Assembly (NCBI GenBank): GCA_965116465.1
Contig: OZ220687.1
Span: forward strand, 2,436,596 to 2,500,595
Direction of reading: 5' to 3'
DNA: 64,000 nucleotides
Origin: Acidimicrobiales bacterium
Lineage (GTDB): Bacteria; Actinomycetota; Acidimicrobiia; Acidimicrobiales; CATQHL01
Shown here: piece after piece, positions 1-7,787 of the stretch
Position numbering within the stretch: position 1 is the stretch's first letter
Layout of the letters: the number at the start of each line of letters is the position of its first letter
Notes under the pieces: model-generated
The model's input: only the letters and a program-made list of their open reading frames with translations
Told to the model about the DNA's origin: nothing
The model's database searches: none
Translations under genes and position numbers: made by a program

Positions 1-582
1 GGCCGGGAGGTGCTGGCGATCCGGATGAGCTACGTGGGCGAGCTGGGGTGGGAGCTGTACGTCGCCAACGACGACGCCGGAGCGGTCTTCGACGCCCTCG
101 TGGCGGCCGGCGAACCGCACGGCCTGGCGCTCGCCGGCTACCACGCCATGAACACGCTGCGTCTCGAGTCGGGTTACCGCCACTGGGGCCACGACATCTC
201 CCCGGCCGACACCCCGCTGGAGGCCGGGCTGGGATTCGCCGTGGGGTGGGACAAGCAGGTGGACTTCTGCGGCCGGGCCGCGCTGGAGGCCCAGCGGCCC
301 CAACCCTGCACGAAGCGCCTGGTGCAGTTCCGGCTCGAGGATCCCGAACTGCTCGTCTACCACGACGAGCCGGTCCTGCGCGACGGCGAAGTTGCGGGAA
401 CGACCACCTCGGCAGCCTGGAGCTATCTCGAGGACCGCTGCCTGGCGATGGGCTACGTGCACCACACCGAGGCGGTGACGGCGGACTGGCTGGCGACGGG
501 GAGCTTCGAGATCGACGTGGGCGGGCGGCGGGTCCCGGCGACGGCGTCGCTGCGCAGCTTCTACCGCCCGCGCCGGAGGTGA
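1..582 (+). CDS. C-terminal part of a dimethylglycine/sarcosine dehydrogenase-family protein (GcvT-like folate-binding domain); 5' end outside the window
   Basis: Frame 1 is open from base 1 to TGA 580-582. ...AIRMSYVGELGWELYV...YHAMNTLRLESGYRHWGHD... is paralogous to the C-termini of the ORFs at 587-3022 and 28446-30971. Confidence 0.75.
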   Translation, partial: GREVLAIRMSYVGELGWELYVANDDAGAVFDALVAAGEPHGLALAGYHAMNTLRLESGYRHWGHDISPADTPLEAGLGFAVGWDKQVDFCGRAALEAQRPQPCTKRLVQFRLEDPELLVYHDEPVLRDGEVAGTTTSAAWSYLEDRCLAMGYVHHTEAVTADWLATGSFEIDVGGRRVPATASLRSFYRPRRR

Positions 583-586
583 GTCG

Positions 587-3022
587 ATGGCCACAGAGAC
601 CCGGGTCACCATCGTCGGCGGCGGTGCCATGGGCGCGGCCCTGCTGTACTTCCTGGCGCACGAGGGCTGGACCGACACCATCCTCGTGGAGAAAGGGGAG
701 TTGAACTCGGGCTCCACCTGGCACGCGGCGGGGATGATCCCCAACTTCACCAGCGACTTCAACCTCGCCAAGGTCCACGAGGTGGGAGTCTCGCTGTACC
801 GCACCATCGAGGCCGAGACCGGTCTGGCGACCGGCTGGCACCAGCCCGGCACCGTCCGACTCTGCCGCAGGGGCCGCCCCGAGGAGGCGGACTGGCATCG
901 CTACACCCAGGGTCTGCTGCGCCAGGCCGGCGTGGAGTGCCACATCATCGGACCCTCCGAGATCGCCGAATTGCACCCGCTGTTGAATCTGGACGACGTG
1001 GTCTCGGGGGTCTACACGCCCAACGACGGCTGGGCCGACCCTTCGAGCTGCACGAACTCCATGGCCCGCGGCGCCCGGCTGCTCGGCGCCGAGGTCCGGC
1101 GCCACACCCGCGTGACGGACATGAACCAGCTGCCCGGCGGTCGCTGGGAGGTGATCTGCGACAACGACCGGATCATCTGCGAGCACGTCGTGAACGCCGC
1201 CGGCCACTACGCCCCGCAGCTGGGTGCCATGGTGGGCCTCGACGTGCCGATCGTCTCGGTCATCCACCAGTACCTGGTGACCGAGCGCATCGGGTCGCTG
1301 GTGGACCTGGGCTACGAACCCCCCACCATCCGGGACCCGCGCGCCTCGATGTACGTGCGCAGCGAGTTGGACGGGATGCTGATCGGACCGTACGAGATGT
1401 CGGACTCGCAGCCCTACGGCGTGGACGGCGTGGACTGGGATCTGCACTTCTACCTCACGCCGCCGGACCTGGACCGACTCGAGGAGTGCCTCGAGTGGGC
1501 GGCGGTGCGCATCCCCGCCTTCGGCGACGCCGGCATCCGCAAGGTCGTGTCGGGCCCCATCACCCACACCCCCGACGCGGGCTTCCTGATGGGTCCGGCG
1601 CCGGGCCTGCGCAACTACTGGCACTGCAACGGCGCCTCCATCGGCGTGACCCAGGGCCCGGGGGCCGGCAAGTACCTGGCGCAGTGGATGGTGCACGGCC
1701 AGACCGAGATCAACGTGCGGGGCATGGACCCGCGCCGTTACGGCGACTACGCCGGGGCGCGCAGCCACTACACCATCGAGCGGTCCCTCGACGAGTACCA
1801 CGAGATGTACCAGCCGCGCCCGCCGGGGGAGTACCGGGCCGCGGGCCGGCCGCAGAAGACGACCCCCATCTACAAGCACCTCGACGCCCTGGGTGCGCAG
1901 TGGCAGGAGGTGTACGGCTGGGAGCGCCCGCAGTACTTCTCACCCGACGGCACCCCGGAGGTGCACTCGTACCGTCGCTCGAACGCCTTCGAGCCGGTCG
2001 GCGCGGAGGTGCGCGGCGTGCGCGAGCGGGTGGGCATCGCCGACCTGACGGCCTTCGCCAAGTTCGAGGTCGCCGGCGCCGGCGCCGCCGCCCTGCTGGA
2101 CCGCCTTTCGGCCAACCGCCTGCCGGGGCCGGGGGGTATCCGGCTCGTGCACATGCTCACCGAACTCGGCGGCATCGAGTGCGAGATGACCATCACTCGG
2201 TTGGGCCCCGAGCGCTTCTATCTCTCCTCGGCGATCATGGGCCAGAGCCACGACCGGGACTGGCTCACCCAACACGTCGCGGCGGGCGAGGATGTGACCG
2301 TCGACGACGTCACCGATTCCACGGCGTTGCTCGGCCTCTCCGGCCCCCGAGCCCGGGACGTCCTGGCGCCCCTCACCGCCGCCGATCTCGGCAACGAGTC
2401 GTTCCGGTGGCTGAGCGCCCAGGAGATCGAGGTGGCGGGAGTTCCCGTCAAGGCGCTGCGGGTGTCCTACGTGGGGGAGTTGGGCTGGGAACTGCACTGC
2501 CCCATCGATCAGATGGGCGAACTGTACGAGGCGCTCTTGGAGCAGGGTGAACCGCACGGCATCGTCCACTACGGCAGCTACGCCATGAATGTGATGCGCA
2601 TCGAGAAGGCCTACAAGGCCTGGGGCGCGGAGCTCACCACCGAGATCACCCCCATCGAGGCTCGCATCGAGCGCTTCGTGGACTTCTCCAAGGACTTCGT
2701 CGGCCGCCAAGCCACGCTGGCGCGCCGCGACGGTCCCGAACCGCTGCAGTGGGCGCTCGTCTACTGCTCGGTGGACGAGGGCGACAACGATGTCTGGGGC
2801 AACGAGCCGGCCTACGCCGCGGGCAGCGACGAGATCATGGGGATCGCCACCAGCGGGGCCTACGGGCACGCGGTGGGCACCAGCCTGGCGTTCGTCTACG
2901 TGGCCCCGGAGTTCGAGGCGCCCGGCTCGGTCTTCGAGTTGGAGATGCTGGGCGAGCGCCGCGGGGCCACCGTGCTCCCGGCGGCGGCGTACGACCCTCA
3001 GAACAGAGCGCCACGGGAGTAG
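587..3022 (+). CDS. FAD-dependent oxidoreductase fused to a GcvT-like aminomethyltransferase domain (dimethylglycine/sarcosine dehydrogenase family)
   Basis: 811 aa. N-terminal dinucleotide-binding motif VTIVGGGAMGAALLYFLAHEGW; C-terminal LRVSYVGELGWELHCP and YGSYAMNVMRIEKAYKAWG of the GcvT fold. Confidence 0.85.
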   Translation: MATETRVTIVGGGAMGAALLYFLAHEGWTDTILVEKGELNSGSTWHAAGMIPNFTSDFNLAKVHEVGVSLYRTIEAETGLATGWHQPGTVRLCRRGRPEEADWHRYTQGLLRQAGVECHIIGPSEIAELHPLLNLDDVVSGVYTPNDGWADPSSCTNSMARGARLLGAEVRRHTRVTDMNQLPGGRWEVICDNDRIICEHVVNAAGHYAPQLGAMVGLDVPIVSVIHQYLVTERIGSLVDLGYEPPTIRDPRASMYVRSELDGMLIGPYEMSDSQPYGVDGVDWDLHFYLTPPDLDRLEECLEWAAVRIPAFGDAGIRKVVSGPITHTPDAGFLMGPAPGLRNYWHCNGASIGVTQGPGAGKYLAQWMVHGQTEINVRGMDPRRYGDYAGARSHYTIERSLDEYHEMYQPRPPGEYRAAGRPQKTTPIYKHLDALGAQWQEVYGWERPQYFSPDGTPEVHSYRRSNAFEPVGAEVRGVRERVGIADLTAFAKFEVAGAGAAALLDRLSANRLPGPGGIRLVHMLTELGGIECEMTITRLGPERFYLSSAIMGQSHDRDWLTQHVAAGEDVTVDDVTDSTALLGLSGPRARDVLAPLTAADLGNESFRWLSAQEIEVAGVPVKALRVSYVGELGWELHCPIDQMGELYEALLEQGEPHGIVHYGSYAMNVMRIEKAYKAWGAELTTEITPIEARIERFVDFSKDFVGRQATLARRDGPEPLQWALVYCSVDEGDNDVWGNEPAYAAGSDEIMGIATSGAYGHAVGTSLAFVYVAPEFEAPGSVFELEMLGERRGATVLPAAAYDPQNRAPRE

Positions 3023-3102
3023 GACCGGGGCGCCGCGGACCTCAGAACACCGATCAGCCGACGCCGCAAGGGAGGCTCGACTCACAACCCAAAGGAGGCC
3101 CG

Positions 3103-4659
3103 ATGGCCGGAGAGCCCAGGGCAGGCTCGCGCCGCCGCAGCGGCGGCCGGGCGGGGCGCATCGCCGAGCGCCAAGCACCACCGGAGGCAACGACGCGACC
3201 AGTGCGCCCGGGGCTGCCGGGTGGTCGCTACGCACCGCTCCGCGAGAGCGACATGCAGCAGATCTACGACACGGCGTTGCGGTTGCTGGAGGATGTCGGC
3301 ATGGGCACGCCGATTCCGGAGTTCGCCGAGGTCGTGACCGATGCCGGGGGTTGGCTGGACGCCGACGGCCGCCTGCACTACCCGCGGGGTCTCATCGAGC
3401 GGGGCGTCCAGCTCTCGGCCAAGGAGTGGATCTGGCACGGCTTCGACGACGACAAGTCGATTCACGTCGGCGGCAACAGGGTGCACTACGGCACGGCGGG
3501 CGCGGCCGTGTTGATCCACGACTACGAGACCAACCGGTTCCGCCCCTCCACCATCAATGACGTTTACGACTGTGCCCGGCTGGTGGACTCATTCGAGCAC
3601 GTCCACTTCTACGGACGCACCTGCGTGGCCCGTGATCTGGAGGATCCACGCGATCTCGACCTCTCCACGGCCCATGCGGTCCTGACGGGCACCTCCAAAC
3701 CCTCCGGTTCGGCGTGGTTTGACCCGCGCCACGTGCGGGAGTCCGTCGAGATGTTCGATCTGGCACTGGGTGGCCCCGGTGAGTTCGCCAAGCGCCCGTG
3801 CTTCGTGGGCTACAACACGTTCGTCGTGCCGCCGATGCGCTTCGCCGAGGAGGCCAACCAGTGCATGGTGGCTCAGGTCGAGACGGGTATGCCCGTGCTG
3901 CTGCTCTCCGCGGGCCAGGCGGGCGCCACTGCCCCGGCCGCTCTGGCGGGCGCGCTTGCGCAGGCGCTGGCCGAGTGCCTCGCGGGGCTGTGCAACGTCA
4001 ACATGCTGCGCCCCGGCCATCCGTGCATCATGGGCATGTGGCCCTTCGTCTCGGACCTGCGCACGGGCGCAATGAGCGGTGGTTCGGGTGAGGAGGCGGT
4101 GATCAACGCGGCCGCCGCGCAACTGGTCAATTGGATGGGCCTGCCGTCCGGCGTGCCGGCCAGCATGACCGACTCGAAATTGCCCGACGCCCAGTCCGGC
4201 CACGAGAAGGGTCTCACGGTCGGGCTGGCGGCTAACGCCGGCGCCAACCTGATCTTCGAGTCCGCGGGCATGCTGGCCAGCCTGCTGGCGTGCTCGCCCG
4301 AGCAGCTGGTCATCGATAACGACATGCTGGGCGCCATCAACCGCACGGTCCGCGGCATCGAAGTGAACGAGGGCACGCTGTCGGCGGAGGTGATCGCCGA
4401 GGTGATCGCCGGGCCGGGCCACTTCCTGGGCTCCGCCCAGACCCTGTCACTCATGCAGACCGAGTACGTCTACCCGATCGTCGGCGATCGGGACTCGCCG
4501 GAGAACTGGACCGACGCCGGCGGTCTGAGCGCCCTGCAGGTGGCCCATCGCCGGGCTCGGGAGGTGCTGGTTGAGCACTATCCGGGCCACGTGAGTGCCG
4601 ATGTCGACGCCCGAATCCGGGAGGCGTTCCCGATCCGCCTACCGTCGCGTTTCGCCTGA
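3103..4659 (+). CDS. MttB-superfamily methyltransferase (quaternary amine:corrinoid methyltransferase), non-pyrrolysine, paralogue 1
   Basis: ATG 3103 is preceded by AAAGGAGG (3091-3098). Arg-rich N-terminus RRRSGGRAGRIAERQ, then DMQQIYDTALRLLEDVGMGTP, VLLLSAGQAGATAPAALAGALAQ and PEQLVIDNDMLGAINRTV. No in-frame TAG. Track start 2749 rejected because it overlaps the upstream gene. Confidence 0.85.
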   Translation: MAGEPRAGSRRRSGGRAGRIAERQAPPEATTRPVRPGLPGGRYAPLRESDMQQIYDTALRLLEDVGMGTPIPEFAEVVTDAGGWLDADGRLHYPRGLIERGVQLSAKEWIWHGFDDDKSIHVGGNRVHYGTAGAAVLIHDYETNRFRPSTINDVYDCARLVDSFEHVHFYGRTCVARDLEDPRDLDLSTAHAVLTGTSKPSGSAWFDPRHVRESVEMFDLALGGPGEFAKRPCFVGYNTFVVPPMRFAEEANQCMVAQVETGMPVLLLSAGQAGATAPAALAGALAQALAECLAGLCNVNMLRPGHPCIMGMWPFVSDLRTGAMSGGSGEEAVINAAAAQLVNWMGLPSGVPASMTDSKLPDAQSGHEKGLTVGLAANAGANLIFESAGMLASLLACSPEQLVIDNDMLGAINRTVRGIEVNEGTLSAEVIAEVIAGPGHFLGSAQTLSLMQTEYVYPIVGDRDSPENWTDAGGLSALQVAHRRAREVLVEHYPGHVSADVDARIREAFPIRLPSRFA

Positions 4660-4909
4660 GCGAATCCCGCTGCGGTGGGGCTCTGAGAGGCCCTTACCTG
4701 CCGTGGAACCGAGCCGCATGATGTGGTAGATTTGTTCCGTATTACGGTTCCGGTCCACAATGCGGAATCGAGACGGCTCGTGCCGCCGTGGTACGGGCCC
4801 GCAGGCGGGGCCGGGCCGAGGGTGAAAACTGCGGCACGCCCGCGACGCCGGAACCGGCTGCCGGGACCGGAACAGCGGGAACCGCGGTTGGCTCCGAAAG
4901 GACACGCCG

Positions 4910-5629
4910 ATGAGTGATGCGCCCGCGAACGCCGACTACGACGACGCCGACGATCTGGACCTGTCGAGTCTGAACGACGAAGAACTCTGCGTCCAGATGC
5001 ACGACGATCTCTACGACGGCTTAGCCGACGAGATCGCCGAGGGAACCAACATCCTGCTCGACCGGGGCTGGTCGGCCGACAAGGTCCTCAACGACGCCCT
5101 CGTGGAGGGAATGCGCATCGTCGGCATCGACTTCCGCGACGGCATCCTCTTCGTGCCCGAGGTGCTGCTGGCCGCCAACGCCATGAAGGCCGGCATGGCC
5201 ATCCTGCGACCGCTGCTGGCCGAGACCGGGGCCGAGCCGATCGGCAGCGTCGTCATCGGCACTGTCAAGGGGGACATCCACGACATCGGCAAGAACCTCG
5301 TGGCCATGATGTTGGAGGGAGCCGGGTTCGAGGTGTTCAACCTGGGCATCAACACCGACGTCGAGGAGTTCCTGGCGGCCCTCGACGAGCACAAGCCCGA
5401 CATCCTGGGCATGTCCGCCCTGCTCACGACCACGATGCCGTACATGAAGGTCGTCATCGACACGCTCGTCGAGAAGGGTCGCCGGCAGGAGGTCATCATC
5501 CTCGTCGGCGGCGCGCCTCTCAACGAGGAGTTCGGAGCGGCGATCGGCGCCGACGCCTACTGCCGCGACGCGGCCGTCGCCGCGGAGACCGCAACGAAGC
5601 TCGTGACGGCGCGCCGCGCCGCCGGGTGA
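4910..5629 (+). CDS. Cobalamin-binding corrinoid methyl-carrier protein (MttC/MtgC-like)
   Basis: 239 aa. Helical cap plus B12-binding Rossmann domain with the DxHxxG signature (GTVKGDIHDIGKNLVAMML), MSALLTTTMPYMK and IILVGGAPLNEEF. Confidence 0.9.
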   Translation: MSDAPANADYDDADDLDLSSLNDEELCVQMHDDLYDGLADEIAEGTNILLDRGWSADKVLNDALVEGMRIVGIDFRDGILFVPEVLLAANAMKAGMAILRPLLAETGAEPIGSVVIGTVKGDIHDIGKNLVAMMLEGAGFEVFNLGINTDVEEFLAALDEHKPDILGMSALLTTTMPYMKVVIDTLVEKGRRQEVIILVGGAPLNEEFGAAIGADAYCRDAAVAAETATKLVTARRAAG

Positions 5630-5639
5630 CGGGGCGACG

Positions 5640-6269
5640 ATGACCCGGCGCGGGGCACCGGCGCCGGCGCGGGATCGGGTTCTGGTCATCGCCTGCGGGG
5701 CCCTGGCCCGCGAACTCGGCGCGATCACCGCCTCACTGGACGGGCTGGACTTCGAGTGCCTGCCGGCCCGCCTGCACAACCGCCCCGAGCAGATCCCCGA
5801 GGCGGTGCGCCGACGTGTGCGCGCGGCCCGCGGCGCCTACGACACGATCCTCGTGGGTTACATGGACTGCGGCACTGGCGGCCTCCTGGACAGGGTTTGT
5901 ACCGAGGAGGGCGTGGAGCGGCTTCCCGGCGCCCACTGCTACGAGTTGTACGCGGGCTCGGAAGTCTTCGCCGGATTGCAGGAGGCGGAGCCGGGGACCT
6001 TCTATCTGACCGACTATCTGGTCCGGCACTTCGACCGGCTGATCCTGGGGGGACTCGGCATAGCCGACCACCCCGAACTGCGTGATCTCTACTTCGGCCA
6101 TTACACGCGGGTGGTGCATCTCGTGCAGGACCCCGATGCCGCCCTGGATGCCGCGGCGCGCACCGCCGCGGAGAGCCTGGGTCTGCGCTACGAGCGGATT
6201 GTGGTGGGTTACGGCGGGTTGGCCGAGCCGCTGCAGGCCCGGCGACGTCTCGCCGTGCGGGCGGCCTGA
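5640..6269 (+). CDS. DUF1638-like protein associated with corrinoid methyltransferase operons
   Basis: 209 aa with RVLVIACGALARELGAI, VGYMDCGTGGLLD and GTFYLTDYLVRHFD. Family assignment from memory; operon context fits. Confidence 0.6.
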   Translation: MTRRGAPAPARDRVLVIACGALARELGAITASLDGLDFECLPARLHNRPEQIPEAVRRRVRAARGAYDTILVGYMDCGTGGLLDRVCTEEGVERLPGAHCYELYAGSEVFAGLQEAEPGTFYLTDYLVRHFDRLILGGLGIADHPELRDLYFGHYTRVVHLVQDPDAALDAAARTAAESLGLRYERIVVGYGGLAEPLQARRRLAVRAA

Positions 6270-6271
6270 TC

Positions 6272-6691
6272 GTGACGGCGCAAGGTGAGCCGGCCGGCAG
6301 CCGCCGCCGGCGGCGGCGCGACGGTAGTGGGGATCTCGTCGTCATCAGCTGGCGCGACATTCCCGCGCAGGTGAACGCAGGGGCGGGCGATCACAGGGTC
6401 CAGCGCATCCTGCCGCGCCGCTTCCAGCGCGCCATCGACAACGCCGCCATGGTGGCTGGGATGTCCTCGGCGTCGCAGTACATCGGCGAGTGGCGGCGGA
6501 GCTCGCGCCGGGCCGACGGTGCCGATCTGGAGGGTGCCGCCCTGCGGGTGGCGGCCGAGTTGGAGGCGGCGTTCCCCCGCGAGCGCCTCGAGACCTTCGT
6601 GGCGACCGGTGGATGGGACCCGGAACGCGCCGAGCCCCCTGTTCCCACCGAACCGGCCACAGAACCGAGACACCAGGAGGAAGTGACGTGA
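6272..6691 (+). CDS. Small conserved protein of unknown function (resembles the Pfam 'virulence factor' PF13769-type proteins found in these operons)
   Basis: 139 aa with VVISWRDIPAQVNAGAG and RRFQRAIDNAAMVAG. Its TGA (6689-6691) overlaps the GTG start of the next gene. Confidence 0.45.
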   Translation: MTAQGEPAGSRRRRRRDGSGDLVVISWRDIPAQVNAGAGDHRVQRILPRRFQRAIDNAAMVAGMSSASQYIGEWRRSSRRADGADLEGAALRVAAELEAAFPRERLETFVATGGWDPERAEPPVPTEPATEPRHQEEVT

Positions 6692-7590
6692 CTGAGACAG
6701 TGATCAGTTCCCGCACCAGAGAAGTGGTGATCGGGTTCGAGCGTCCCTTCGTGATGATCGGTGAGCGGATCAACCCCACTGGCCGCAAGCTCCTGACCGA
6801 GGAGATGAAGGCGGGCGACTTCAGCCGCGTGGAGGCCGACGCCGTCGCCCAGGTCACCGCGGGCGCGCACATCCTGGACGTCAATGCCGGGATCCCTCTG
6901 GCCGACGAGCCGGCGCTACTCACCCGGGCCATCAAGCTCGTGCAGGAGGTGACCGACGTCCCGCTGTCCATCGACTCCTCGATCGTGGAGGCCCTCGAGG
7001 CGGCCATCACCGTGTACGACGGCAAGCCGCTCATCAACTCGGTCACCGGCGAGGAGGAGGTGATGGAGCGGGTCCTGCCCCTGGTGCAGCGCCACGGCGC
7101 CGCCGTCGTGGCGATCTCCAACGACGAGACCGGAATCAGCGAGGATCCCGACGTTCGCTTCGAGGTGGCCCGCCGGATCGTCGAGCGCGCCGCCGACCAC
7201 GGCATTCACCACTCCGACGTGGTGGTGGATCCGCTCGTCATGCCGATCGGCGCCGTCGGCACGGCGGGGCGCCAGGTGCTGCACCTCGTGCGGCGCCTCC
7301 GCGAAGAACTGCGTGTCAACACCACCTGTGGTGCCAGCAACGTCAGCTTCGGGCTGCCCAACCGCCACGTGATCACCGGCACGTTCCTCTCCATGGCGAT
7401 CGGCGCCGGGATGACCTCGGCGATCATGAACCCGCTGCACCCCGAGGTGAAGAACGCCGTCATGGCGGCCGACGTGCTGGCCGGCCACGACCGCGACTGC
7501 ATGGCCTGGATCGGCGAGCACCGGGAGATGGGCGCGCTCGGGGCGGGGATCTCCCGGCGCCGGGGCGGGCGGCGGCGCAGCGCGGCCTGA
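6688..7590 (+). CDS. Methylcorrinoid:tetrahydrofolate methyltransferase (pterin-binding TIM barrel, MtgA/MetH-pterin-like)
   Basis: GTG 6688 with AGGAGG at 6675-6680. Motifs RPFVMIGERINPTGRKLLTEEM, GAHILDVNAGIPL, VPLSIDSSIVEALEA and KPLINSVTGEEE. Track start 6490 rejected (overlaps upstream ORF in another frame). Confidence 0.8.
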   Translation: MTETVISSRTREVVIGFERPFVMIGERINPTGRKLLTEEMKAGDFSRVEADAVAQVTAGAHILDVNAGIPLADEPALLTRAIKLVQEVTDVPLSIDSSIVEALEAAITVYDGKPLINSVTGEEEVMERVLPLVQRHGAAVVAISNDETGISEDPDVRFEVARRIVERAADHGIHHSDVVVDPLVMPIGAVGTAGRQVLHLVRRLREELRVNTTCGASNVSFGLPNRHVITGTFLSMAIGAGMTSAIMNPLHPEVKNAVMAADVLAGHDRDCMAWIGEHREMGALGAGISRRRGGRRRSAA

Positions 7591-7668
7591 GCAACCCACC
7601 GCGCCAGCGGAGACCATGTTCGGTCACATCCGGGAGTCTCTGGACCCGTCAATCTGGTGCGGGCCCCA

Positions 7669-7745
7669 CCCGTCGTTCCGGCACAGGTCGGCCCCGTCAT
7701 TCCGGCACAGGCCCCACCCGTCATTCCGGCGAAGGCCGGAATCCA
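7669..7745. repeat. Three 24-nt tandem units (CCCGTCRTTCCGGCRMAGG at 7669, 7693, 7717); the last completes a REP-like hairpin ATTCCGGC-GAAG-GCCGGAAT (7723-7742)
   Basis: Read directly. The 27-nt core CGTCATTCCGGCGAAGGCCGGAATCCA (7719-7745) recurs identically at 11453-11479. Confidence 0.9.
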
Positions 7746-7787
7746 GGCACCGGGACGTCGGGCGGGCGCTCGGCCCGTCGTTCCTCC

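Noticed and set aside
2749-3102. N-terminal extensions offered by the track for mttB-1 (2749), the pterin methyltransferase (6490), fhs (30826), the LLM gene (34352) and etfA (28391)
   Set aside because: The extensions overlap upstream genes and are compositionally non-coding. Internal starts with Shine-Dalgarno sequences or stop/start overlaps give family-typical N-termini.
937-3235. Long track ORFs overlapping the 587-3022 gene (937-2550 plus strand, 1940-3235 minus strand, and smaller ones)
   Set aside because: Arg/Pro/Gly-rich translations with no motifs, lying out of frame or antisense to a gene with clear FAD/GcvT motifs. This is a typical high-G+C artefact.
4660-4909. Cobalamin riboswitch upstream of the corrinoid-protein gene
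   Set aside because: A GGGAACCGCGGTTGGCTCCG stretch superficially resembles the GGGAA..GGTG..TCC core. I could find no B12 box (AGYCMGGAGACCKGCC-like) and no expected downstream helices. Left as an unexplained leader pending cmscan.
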